DNA of 58,705 nucleotides from an uncultured Verrucomicrobiota bacterium (GTDB lineage Bacteria; Verrucomicrobiota; Kiritimatiellia; CAIVKH01): NCBI GenBank assembly GCA_964441655.1, contig CAYTVN010000001.1, positions 1 to 58,705 of the forward strand, read 5' to 3'. Shown piece by piece: positions 51,209 to 58,705 of this stretch (position 1 is its first letter; each line of letters starts with the position of its first letter). The notes under the pieces were generated by a model. It saw only the letters and a program-made list of their open reading frames with translations, ran no database searches and was not told where the DNA came from. The position numbers and the translations under genes were made by a program.

Positions 51209-53496
51209 CTTTCAAATAGTTTTTCCGGCGTGATGGGCAGGTCGTGGATGCGCACCCCGGTCGCGGCGTAAACCGCATTGCATATGGCGGGGGCCAATCC
51301 ATCCATCGGGATTTCGCCCACCCCCTTGGCGCCCGGCGCGGCATGGGTATAGGGAAACTCGATAAACTGCACATCCAACTCCGGCACATCCAGCGAAGTC
51401 GGCACCACGTAGGTTTGCATGCGACTCGCGTCGTACAGCCCGTCCTTGATGGACATCTTCTCCATGATGGCGTAGCCCAGCGCCTGGACCAGCCCGCCTT
51501 CGATCTGCCCCTTGGCCAGCATGGGATTGATCAGGCGGCCAATATCCCAGTAGGACGTCACGCGCTTCACCTGGATATCCAGGGTGAGGGTGTCGATCTC
51601 CACCTCGGCTACGTTGCAGCCCCAGGAATAGGACGGATAGGAATCCCCGCGAAAGGTCTTCTGGTCCCACTTGATGGAGGCCGGTAATTGGAACTGGTTG
51701 TACAATCGCAGGGTGCCGCGCTGCTTCAAATGCGCGCCCGCCACATCGGTAAAGGTCCGGGTCTCCCCGCTGTACTGGCCGCGAAAATTTCCGCCTTCCA
51801 GCGTCACCGGCTCGCCCTTGAACAACGAAGCCGAAGCAAACTCCTCCAGGGCCTTGCGCATTTTGACCGCCGCCCCGAACACCGTGCTGCCCACCACCAT
51901 GGCGGTGCGCGAGGCCACCGTCGGCCCGCTGTCCGGCGCATACTTGGTGTCGGCCAGCGGACAGCGCACGTGCTCCAAACCAATGGCGAGACCGTCGGCG
52001 GCAATCTGGGGCATGATGGTCAGGGTGCCCTGACCCATCTCGGTGGAGCTGATGCGGATGCTGACCCCGGGCCGGCCATCCTCAAAATATTCCAGGTCCA
52101 GGGCCGCCTTCGATTTCAAGCGCGACTCCCCGTCACCGGTGAAGCCCGAACCGTGGCCGAAATAGGCCAGGCCGATGCCGTACCATTTCGACATTCCCGC
52201 CCGGCCCCGGCTGCACTGCGTCCACTTCTCGGCAAACCGGGATCGCTCCAGCGATTTCTCCAGCACATCCGGCGTGCCCATCGGCTCGGACAGGATCTGC
52301 CCGGTGGCCGTGGCATCCCCCACATGCAGGGCGTTGTGCAGGCGAAACTCGTGCGGCTTCCAGCCGATTTTTTCCGCGCACACATCCATGTGCGCCTCCA
52401 GCGCCCACAAAGCCTGGGGCGCCCCAAACCCGCGAAAGGCTCCGTTGGGAAAGGTGTTGGTGCGATAAACGTGGCCGTCCACAAACACATTCTCGCAGCG
52501 GTAGCCCAGCGTGGTGTGCAGAATCCCGCGGTACATCACCACCGGACTCAGCGTGGTATACGCGCCGCCATCGAGCAGGAAATCCACATGCATGGCCGTG
52601 ATGGTGCCGTCCCGCTTCAAGCCGGTGCGATGCTTGACCCAGACCGGATGCCGCTTGGTGGTGTAGAGGATGTCCTGATGCCGGTCGTAGATCAGCTTCA
52701 CCGGCTTGCGGCACTTCATGGCCAGCAGCGCACAATAGCCCGCGATCAGGGTCGGGAACTCCTCCTTGCCGCCAAAAGCCCCGCCCACCGCCGTCTGTTG
52801 CACGCGGATTTTTTCCAGCGGCAGCTTCAGCGTAACCACGAGTTCGGGCGAAATGTAATACGGGCACTGTAGGCTGCCCTGCAGGAAAACACCGCCGTCC
52901 TCCTCGGGAATGGCGATCATGCCCTGGGGCTCGATGTAGAGCTGCTCCTGGTGCCCGGCCCAATACTCGCCCTCCACCACCAGGTCGGCCTCGGCCAGGC
53001 CCTTTTCCAGGTCACCCTTTTCGATGGTCTGTGCGGACAGGCGGTGCAGTTGCGCGGGGTCGGCTTTGTAGCGGGCCACCAGATCCTGCAGGGTCAGCAA
53101 CGCAGGCTGGGCTTCGATCTCCGGCTTCACGTGCGACGCCGCCTCGCGGGCCAGCGCGCGGGACGGGGCCGCAATGAGGGCCACCGGTTCGCCCCGGTAC
53201 TGGATCCAGTCGTGGGCGATAAACGGCATGTCGCGCCCGATCATATCCACGATGTTTTCGCCCGGAATGTCGGCCGGGGTGACCACGCACACGCGGTTCC
53301 AGTCAAACGCGGGATCAAACACCAGCTTCTTCAACCGGCCGCAGGGTACGGGCGAACGCACCACCTCGGCGTACCAGCAATCCGGAACGGGCACGTCGTC
53401 GGCATACTGGGTCAATCCCCGGACCTTTTCGTCCGCGTCCACCCGCGGCACGCTCAGCCCCACCTGGTTATATTGTTTAGTTTCGGCCAACGTCAT
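51169..53496 (-). CDS. Xanthine-dehydrogenase/aldehyde-oxidase-family molybdopterin-binding subunit
   Basis: VDADEKVRGLTQYADD N-terminus, GGAFGGKE, FRGFGAPQ, and AAPGAKGVGEIP near the C-terminus. Start at MTLAETKQ. Confidence 0.88.
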   Translation of the reverse strand: MTLAETKQYNQVGLSVPRVDADEKVRGLTQYADDVPVPDCWYAEVVRSPVPCGRLKKLVFDPAFDWNRVCVVTPADIPGENIVDMIGRDMPFIAHDWIQYRGEPVALIAAPSRALAREAASHVKPEIEAQPALLTLQDLVARYKADPAQLHRLSAQTIEKGDLEKGLAEADLVVEGEYWAGHQEQLYIEPQGMIAIPEEDGGVFLQGSLQCPYYISPELVVTLKLPLEKIRVQQTAVGGAFGGKEEFPTLIAGYCALLAMKCRKPVKLIYDRHQDILYTTKRHPVWVKHRTGLKRDGTITAMHVDFLLDGGAYTTLSPVVMYRGILHTTLGYRCENVFVDGHVYRTNTFPNGAFRGFGAPQALWALEAHMDVCAEKIGWKPHEFRLHNALHVGDATATGQILSEPMGTPDVLEKSLERSRFAEKWTQCSRGRAGMSKWYGIGLAYFGHGSGFTGDGESRLKSKAALDLEYFEDGRPGVSIRISSTEMGQGTLTIMPQIAADGLAIGLEHVRCPLADTKYAPDSGPTVASRTAMVVGSTVFGAAVKMRKALEEFASASLFKGEPVTLEGGNFRGQYSGETRTFTDVAGAHLKQRGTLRLYNQFQLPASIKWDQKTFRGDSYPSYSWGCNVAEVEIDTLTLDIQVKRVTSYWDIGRLINPMLAKGQIEGGLVQALGYAIMEKMSIKDGLYDASRMQTYVVPTSLDVPELDVQFIEFPYTHAAPGAKGVGEIPMDGLAPAICNAVYAATGVRIHDLPITPEKLFERSKAPGPTSHVGA

Positions 53497-53625
53497 GATC
53501 TCGTCCCCGGCCCGCATACTGTACGCAGCAAAACCTGATCATGCAATGGTCAGAATCGGGGGGGGCGGCCGATGCGATCTTCTGTTCAAATGCACTCCGT
53601 CAGCCTATGCTGTCCTCGTGGCATC

Positions 53626-54909
53626 ATGAGCAAGCAGGTTGAGTCCATCTTCGAGACGTTCAAAACCGGGGCCGGCCCGTCCAGTTCCCACAGCATCGGA
53701 CCCCAGCGCGCCACCCGCCTGTTCCTCGCCCAGCTGAACCAGCGCCCGGCCCGCGTGCGCGTGACCCTGCTGGGCAGCCTGGCGGAAACCGGACGCGGCC
53801 ACCTGACCGACCAGACCATCGGTTCCGCGATGGACGGAATCCCGCATGAAATTGTGTGGGACTCCACCACCCCCACCCCGCGCCATCCCAACACCATGAC
53901 CTTTGAGGCCTTCGATGCCTCGGGCCGATCGGACCGGGTGTGGACGGCCTACAGCATCGGCGGCGGCTCGCTGGCCGACGACCGCGGCCCCGTGAGCGCC
54001 CAGCCGCCGGTCACCTACCCGCTGGCCTGCATCGCGGAGGCCCTGGCCCGCTGCGAGGCCGAACATCTGGCCTTCTGGCAACTGGTGGAAAAACTGGAGC
54101 AGGATCCTTGGCCGCGCCTGGATGCGGTATGGACCACCATGCGCAACAGCGTGGAGCGCGGCCTACGCAGCACGCAAACCCTGCTGCCCGGCTCACTCAA
54201 GCTACCGCGCCGCGCCCACACCACCTTCCTGCGCGCGCAGTCCCTGCAAAGCCCCCAGCGCGACCTGGCTCTGCTCTCGGCCTTTGCCCTCGCGGTGGCG
54301 GAGGAAAATGCCAACGGCGGGACCATCGTGACCGCGCCCTCCTGCGGACCCGCAGGCGTGGTGCCGGGACTGTTGTATTATTTCGAGACCGTGAAACAGA
54401 CCCCGCGCGAGGAAATCCTGCGCGCCCTGGCCACCGCGGGCCTGTTCGGTTCCGTCATCCGCGCCAACGCATCGGTGTCCGGCGCGGAAGTCGGCTGCCA
54501 GGGCGAAATCGGGTCCGCCTGCTCCATGGCCGCCGCCGCCGGCTCGCAACTGTTGGGCGGCTCCCTGCGCCAGGTCGAATACGCCGCGGAAATCGGCATG
54601 GAACATCATCTCGGCCTGACCTGCGACCCCGTGGAAGGGTACGTGCAGATTCCCTGCATCGAACGGAACATGACGGCCTGCCTGCGCGCCTTTGAATGCG
54701 CCTCGTTTTCCCTGCTCACCGACGGACACCATCTGGTCAGCTTCGACGACGTGGTGGAGGTCATGTACCGCACCGGGCTCGACCTGCAGAGCGCCTACCG
54801 GGAAACCGCGCGCGGCGGCCTGGCCGCCTTGTGGCGCAAGCGCATGACCCAGCGCGAGGGCCCCGTGGTCACCACCAGGCCGGCCTGCTCGCCCAACGCG
54901 TGCGACTGA
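53626..54909 (+). CDS. sdaA: L-serine ammonia-lyase, iron-sulfur-dependent, single chain
   Basis: GAGPSSSHSIGP, YSIGGG, TAPSCGPAGVVPG, SGAEVGCQGEIGSACSMAAA, EIGMEHHLGLTCDPVEGYVQIPCIERN, YRETARGGLA. Confidence 0.9.
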   Translation: MSKQVESIFETFKTGAGPSSSHSIGPQRATRLFLAQLNQRPARVRVTLLGSLAETGRGHLTDQTIGSAMDGIPHEIVWDSTTPTPRHPNTMTFEAFDASGRSDRVWTAYSIGGGSLADDRGPVSAQPPVTYPLACIAEALARCEAEHLAFWQLVEKLEQDPWPRLDAVWTTMRNSVERGLRSTQTLLPGSLKLPRRAHTTFLRAQSLQSPQRDLALLSAFALAVAEENANGGTIVTAPSCGPAGVVPGLLYYFETVKQTPREEILRALATAGLFGSVIRANASVSGAEVGCQGEIGSACSMAAAAGSQLLGGSLRQVEYAAEIGMEHHLGLTCDPVEGYVQIPCIERNMTACLRAFECASFSLLTDGHHLVSFDDVVEVMYRTGLDLQSAYRETARGGLAALWRKRMTQREGPVVTTRPACSPNACD

Positions 54910-54915
54910 GCTGAA

Positions 54916-55587
54916 TTATCCCGCGGTGGTTTTGGCCGCCAGCTGGGTCATAAAATTCTGCAGCCGGACGTTCAAGTTGTTGATGCGGTCCGTGGCCGCT
55001 TCGATTTCCGCTTCGTGATACGACTTCAGCAGGGCCTCAATCTGGTCCAGCGCCTGCTTCCGCTCCTGCTGCGCGCGCTGGGCCGTGGTGACGGCGGTGC
55101 GCGTTTCTTTTTCCTTCTCGTACCACAGTTGCTGCAACTGGGTGAGTCGCTCTTCCTGCTCGGCAATAATAACGCGCGCCTGGGCCAATTCGGCCTCGGC
55201 CGGGGAGGCCGGGGGCGGCACCGACAGCGCACTCAACCGGGCATTCAGGTCGGCCACCTGCTGCTCCAATTCCGACACGCGCGCCCGCGCCAGTTTCAGC
55301 TCCGTATCGTCCACCACCGGGGGCGGTGCGATCACGGGCGCCGCGGCAGGTTCCACGCTTTTTTCCAGCACGGGCGCCGGTGCCGGCGTGGCCGCGAGGG
55401 CGGGAACGGGGGCGGAGGCCGGAGCCGCGACCGGCGCGGACTCCGCCGGGGCAACCACGTTTTTGGTGGGAACCTTCTGCCCGCACTTGGGGCATTTTAC
55501 ATCCTTCATGATGCGCGCCGTCACCGCCCGCACCTTGAGCCGCGTGCTGCACGCCTCGCATTGAAGTAACACCATGTCATCTGCCAT
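54916..55587 (-). CDS. Zinc-ribbon + Ala/Pro-rich linker + coiled-coil protein
   Basis: LLQCEACSTRLKV...VKCPKCGQKVP, a PAxAP-rich linker, then heptad-like LKLARARVSELEQQVADLNARL... Confidence 0.6.
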   Translation of the reverse strand: MADDMVLLQCEACSTRLKVRAVTARIMKDVKCPKCGQKVPTKNVVAPAESAPVAAPASAPVPALAATPAPAPVLEKSVEPAAAPVIAPPPVVDDTELKLARARVSELEQQVADLNARLSALSVPPPASPAEAELAQARVIIAEQEERLTQLQQLWYEKEKETRTAVTTAQRAQQERKQALDQIEALLKSYHEAEIEAATDRINNLNVRLQNFMTQLAAKTTAG

Positions 55588-55632
55588 AAAAAATCCTCCG
55601 GTTGGCCCGGCAAAAATTAGCCGATGGCGGGC

Positions 55633-55653
55633 GAATGTCGAATGTAGAATGGA
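55633..55653. repeat. Tandem heptamer triplet GAATGTC GAATGTA GAATGGA (one-armed)
   Basis: Seen directly in the spacer downstream of the malic enzyme gene. No convincing complementary arm was found. Confidence 0.4.
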
Positions 55654-55662
55654 AGGTGCCGC

Positions 55663-57303
55663 CTACGCATACAATGTGTAGTTCGGATCATACATCTGCC
55701 CGCGCACATACTCTTCCAGATTGGCGGGCTCGGGCAGGGTGGCCAGGCCGCGGGCGAACGCCACCTGGGCCACCGCCACCGCGATGTGCGCCGAAACATC
55801 GCGAATCTTGCTCAGCGGCGGGTAAATGAGGCCCTGCTTCAAGTCCTCCTCCGAGACCAGGCCGGACAGGGTTAGCGCAGCCGCCGCAAACATCTCGTCC
55901 GTTATCCGGCTCGCTCCGCACACCAGGGCGCCCATGCCCACCCCGGGGAAAATATAGGCGTTGTTGCCCTGGCCGGGACGGTGGGTGACGCCGTTCAGCG
56001 TCACCGGCTCGAAAGGACTGCCGCTGGCGAAGATAGCCCGGCCGCCCGTCCACTGGTAGGCCTCGCGCGCCGTGCATTCGGCCTTGGAGGTGGGGTTCGA
56101 CAGGGCAAATATCATCGGCCGTTCGTTGTACTGCGCCATCGCCTCCAGCACCTCGCGGGTAAACATGCCGGCCTGGGCCGACACACCAACCAGGGCGGTG
56201 GGTTTGAGGGCGTGAATGGCTTCGATCAGGGACCGCATCGGCGCGTGGTCGTGAGCGAAGGGTTGCTTGTGCGGGGTCAGGTCGTTCCGGCTTTTCACCA
56301 CCAGCCCGCGCGAATCCACAAACCAGCACCGTTGGCGCGCCTCCCCCAGCGGCATGCCTTGAGCGGCCAGCGCGGTGGCCGTAAGTTCGCCGATGCCGAT
56401 CCCCGCCTCGCCGGCGCCCAGGAACAGAATACGCTGGTCACGCAACGCCTGCCCGGTAATGCGAAGCGCGGAGTACAAGCCGGCCAGGCAGACCGATGCC
56501 GTGCCCTGGATGTCGTCGTCAAACACCGCGCTCTGGTCCTGATAGCGATGCAGCAGACGGAAGGCGTTGTGGTTGCCGAAATCCTCCAACTGGATCAGCA
56601 CCCCCGGGAACAGCTGGCGGGCCGCATCCATGAATTCGTCCATCAACTCGTCATACAGCGGACCGCGCAGCCGCGGCTGATGCAGGCCGAGGTAATAGGG
56701 ATCGTTCAGCAGGTCCGCATTGTCCGTGCCCACATCCACCGTGATGGGCAGGCAGAACGCAGGATGTATGCCCGCGCACGCGGTGTAGAGCGAGAGCTTC
56801 CCGATGGGAATGCCCATACCGTAGGCGCCCAGGTCGCCCAAGCCCAGGATACGCTCGCCATCCGTGACCACGATGACCTTAACGTTGCGGCGCGGCCAGT
56901 TGGCCAGCACCTTGCGAATCTGACCGCGATCCTCGGCGGTGATGAAAATGCCCTGGGGCCGCCTGAAGATGACGCCAAACTTGAGGCAGGCCTGCCCCAC
57001 GGTCGGCGTATAGACGATGGGCATCAACTCCTCGAGATGGTCGGTCAGCAGTCGATAGAACAGCGTCATGTTGCGCGCCATCAGATCCATGAGATCGATG
57101 TAACGGTCCAGGTCGGACGAGCGCTTGCGCAAGTTCTCGATGTTGCGTCGCACCTGATCGGCCTGGGCAAACGGCCGGGGTGGCAGCAGGCCCCGCAGGC
57201 CAAGGGCGTCCCGCTCCTCCGCGGTAAAGGCGGACCCCTTGTTCAGGACGGGGTCGGTTAACAAATCCATACCGCGCGGAATAGCGTGCAATTGCTTAAA
57301 CAT
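55663..57303 (-). CDS. maeA: NAD-dependent malic enzyme
   Basis: LLTDPVLNKGSAFTAEERDALGLRGLLPP, VVTDGERILGLGDLG, FLGAGEAGIGI, IFALSNPTSKAEC. Start at MFKQLH. Confidence 0.92.
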   Translation of the reverse strand: MFKQLHAIPRGMDLLTDPVLNKGSAFTAEERDALGLRGLLPPRPFAQADQVRRNIENLRKRSSDLDRYIDLMDLMARNMTLFYRLLTDHLEELMPIVYTPTVGQACLKFGVIFRRPQGIFITAEDRGQIRKVLANWPRRNVKVIVVTDGERILGLGDLGAYGMGIPIGKLSLYTACAGIHPAFCLPITVDVGTDNADLLNDPYYLGLHQPRLRGPLYDELMDEFMDAARQLFPGVLIQLEDFGNHNAFRLLHRYQDQSAVFDDDIQGTASVCLAGLYSALRITGQALRDQRILFLGAGEAGIGIGELTATALAAQGMPLGEARQRCWFVDSRGLVVKSRNDLTPHKQPFAHDHAPMRSLIEAIHALKPTALVGVSAQAGMFTREVLEAMAQYNERPMIFALSNPTSKAECTAREAYQWTGGRAIFASGSPFEPVTLNGVTHRPGQGNNAYIFPGVGMGALVCGASRITDEMFAAAALTLSGLVSEEDLKQGLIYPPLSKIRDVSAHIAVAVAQVAFARGLATLPEPANLEEYVRGQMYDPNYTLYA

Positions 57304-57430
57304 GTTCCTGCCTCCAAGATTCAAAAACAAATGCGACCAAGTATCGGTATACGGGATGGGAGGCCCAGCCGGGAAAAAGAATGCGGGCGGATCGCCCTGA
57401 TTCTGGTATCGGGGATCACCTGATCCCGGC

Positions 57431-57466
57431 GCGAAAAAGGGACGGAACCCCGCGGGGCTCCGTCCC
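57431..57466 (-). terminator. Rho-independent terminator
   Basis: GGGACGGAACCCCGCGGGGCTCCGTCCC stem-loop (57439-57466), followed on the minus strand by TTTTT (plus-strand AAAAA 57434-57438). It lies 25 nt downstream of the DUF5684 remnant stop. Confidence 0.7.
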
Positions 57467-57490
57467 TTCGTTCACAGGATGGGAATCAGA

Positions 57491-57694
57491 TCAGGCGGTG
57501 GCAGGAGCCGGACTGTAGGTGGCGCTGCCGAACGCGAGCATGGGCAGGAATACGATGGGCAGCAGGAGCAGACCCACGCCGAATCCTGCGCCTTTGCCAA
57601 ACCGCTCCGCCAGGGCCAGCATAACCAGGATACCGATCACCAGATTGACGCATAGGCTGAGCGAACCGGTGAACTGACCCAGGGCACCAGCACG
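57491..57694 (-). pseudogene. C-terminal half of a DUF5684-type small membrane protein gene (split gene)
   Basis: Own translation gives ...NLVIGILVMLALAERFGKGAGFGVGLLLLPIVFLPMLAFGSATYSPAPATA*. This matches my recollection of the DUF5684 C-terminal consensus. There is no N-terminal half or credible start, and an in-frame TAG lies at 57695-57697. Confidence 0.55.
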
Positions 57695-57712
57695 CTAAGC
57701 CGAAACGATTAA

Positions 57713-58240
57713 TTAAGCGCGCGCTTCAGCAAGTGCAATTTCTATAAAGCTTTGGATGTCTTGATTTGAAATGCCTCTGAGGGAAAGCGCATAGAGCGCC
57801 CCCTGCACGTTAACTACTATGTACCGTTCTTTGCTAACAAAGTACAAAGCGATAAATAGAAGGCCTAGTCCGAAAAGCCACAACGTCATTATACCGATAA
57901 GAATTAGAATCCAGTGGGATGTATATTCTATCCCAAGTGATGAAACATCCCTCAAGTTCGCTTCAAACGACACAATCCCTTTTGATTTAGCTGTGTATGT
58001 TTTGCCAACGCCCGAGAGTGTTTTATTCGTTAGTATAAGTGATGTTTTCGAAAAGCCTGCGCCTGACAATAAAGAGGTTGAGTACTTCTGCCCTACTTGA
58101 GCAATTACTCGGACATTGTAGGGTGACTGATCTTGCTGCGCGGTGAAGTTTTTGCCACAGCCGGGACATTGTACGGTCTGTCCGCTGACATCATCTTCAC
58201 TTTCGAGAACTTGTTTACAATTCGGGCACCTGATTTTCAT
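57713..58240 (-). CDS. Low-GC zinc-ribbon membrane protein of unknown function
   Basis: MKIRCPNCKQVLESEDDVSGQTVQCPGCGKNF zinc ribbon, a soluble beta-rich segment, then TM hairpin WILILIGIMTLWLFGLGLLFIALYFV. GGAG lies 8 nt upstream of ATG 58240. About 40% G+C against ~65% in the flanks. Confidence 0.65.
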   Translation of the reverse strand: MKIRCPNCKQVLESEDDVSGQTVQCPGCGKNFTAQQDQSPYNVRVIAQVGQKYSTSLLSGAGFSKTSLILTNKTLSGVGKTYTAKSKGIVSFEANLRDVSSLGIEYTSHWILILIGIMTLWLFGLGLLFIALYFVSKERYIVVNVQGALYALSLRGISNQDIQSFIEIALAEARA

Positions 58241-58261
58241 TTCTACTCCAGTTGTTTTGCG

Positions 58262-58335
58262 AACGAGTGGAATCAGGAACAGCAGCACCCACCAGCCCGG
58301 CTTGCGCCCGCCGTTGCTGCTGCTTGGTCTTCCAT
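58262..58335 (-). pseudogene. N-terminal remnant of the same DUF5684-type gene
   Basis: GRKPGWWVLLFLIPLV (58262-58309) matches the DUF5684 core and joins seamlessly to NLVIGIL... at 57646. A possible ancestral ATG at 58335 (MEDQAAATAGA) is in another frame, so there is also a frameshift or deletion. Confidence 0.45.
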
Positions 58336-58416
58336 GATCGATCCCTCCAGGTTTGGTTTCGTTAACTCCCCGCGTCCGACATCCTAACAAATCCACCGGC
58401 CGGGCACAGGATCATT

Positions 58417-58705
58417 TCACGCCCCGAAAAGATCCAGCTGGTTGGGATGGCTGGCGCCTTTTTTCCCATAGCGGCGGGCCAGTTTGGGTTGGCCGGTTTC
58501 CTCGAACTCGCCCGCTTCGAGGTTATTTAAAATCTCGTGCGCGCGCTGGATCACTTCGGGCGGAAGGCCGGCCAGGCGCGCCACCTGGATGCCGTAGCTC
58601 TTGTCCGCCGCGCCGGGCACAATGCGGCGCAGGAAGGCGATGCGGTCCCCGCTCTCCCGCACCAGCACGTTGTAGTTCTTCACCCCCGGCATGGTCAGCG
58701 CAAGG
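58417..58705 (-). CDS. mutS: DNA mismatch repair protein MutS, C-terminal end (5' part outside window)
   Basis: [50 protein letters not shown] is the conserved MutS domain V / C-terminal region. Confidence 0.85.
   Translation of the reverse strand, partial: LALTMPGVKNYNVLVRESGDRIAFLRRIVPGAADKSYGIQVARLAGLPPEVIQRAHEILNNLEAGEFEETGQPKLARRYGKKGASHPNQLDLFGA

Overview
This is a 58.7-kb high-GC bacterial chromosomal segment (about 65-68% G+C in hand-counted 60-nt lines). The gene content suggests a PVC-type organism (Verrucomicrobiota/Kiritimatiellota-like), which is inference only: Sec-signal surface proteins with TSP3-like Ca-binding repeats, a beta-helix protein, N-terminal zinc-ribbon proteins, and orphan GspK/L/M-like genes. 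About 52 protein-coding genes are supportable. I recognised no rRNA, tRNA, CRISPR array, transposase or integrase. Blocks in order: (1) a TetR-controlled ybhGFSR-like HlyD/ABC-2 exporter (1-4304). (2) A lower-GC, translationally coupled operon (12637->4525, minus strand) encoding a TPR-like protein, a secreted Big_2 + alpha/beta-hydrolase (lipase-like) protein, and three tandem secreted paralogs of unknown family. Each downstream paralog is preceded by a fossil of the hydrolase gene 3' end. This is my best candidate for an undescribed effector/partner system. (3) A nucleosidase-like gene, a giant metzincin surface protease, and pgsA. (4) A YtrA-type GntR/ABC operon. (5) Housekeeping genes (LPG-synthase-TM-like, family-4 UDG, cNMP-binding protein, pdxB). 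(6) GspK/L/M-like genes coupled to a Wzm/Wzt polysaccharide ABC exporter. (7) LacI, tcdA, a beta-helix protein and a GANVGWI-repeat protein. (8) hslO, alkA-like, DUF3431-like, DUF3465-like and two oxidoreductases. (9) A heterodimeric ABC exporter pair. (10) AlkD-like, maf and mocA-like genes. (11) A six-gene xdh(Mo/FeS/FAD)-ygeW-arcC-ThrC-like operon plus sdaA (anaerobic purine/urate-type catabolism). (12) A malic enzyme gene, a DUF5684 gene split by a low-GC cassette, and the mutS 3' end. A family of heptamer-phased inverted-repeat hairpins sits in operon spacers, and one copy lies in-frame inside an ABC transporter gene. All domain calls come from reading motifs in the translations; no database search was run.
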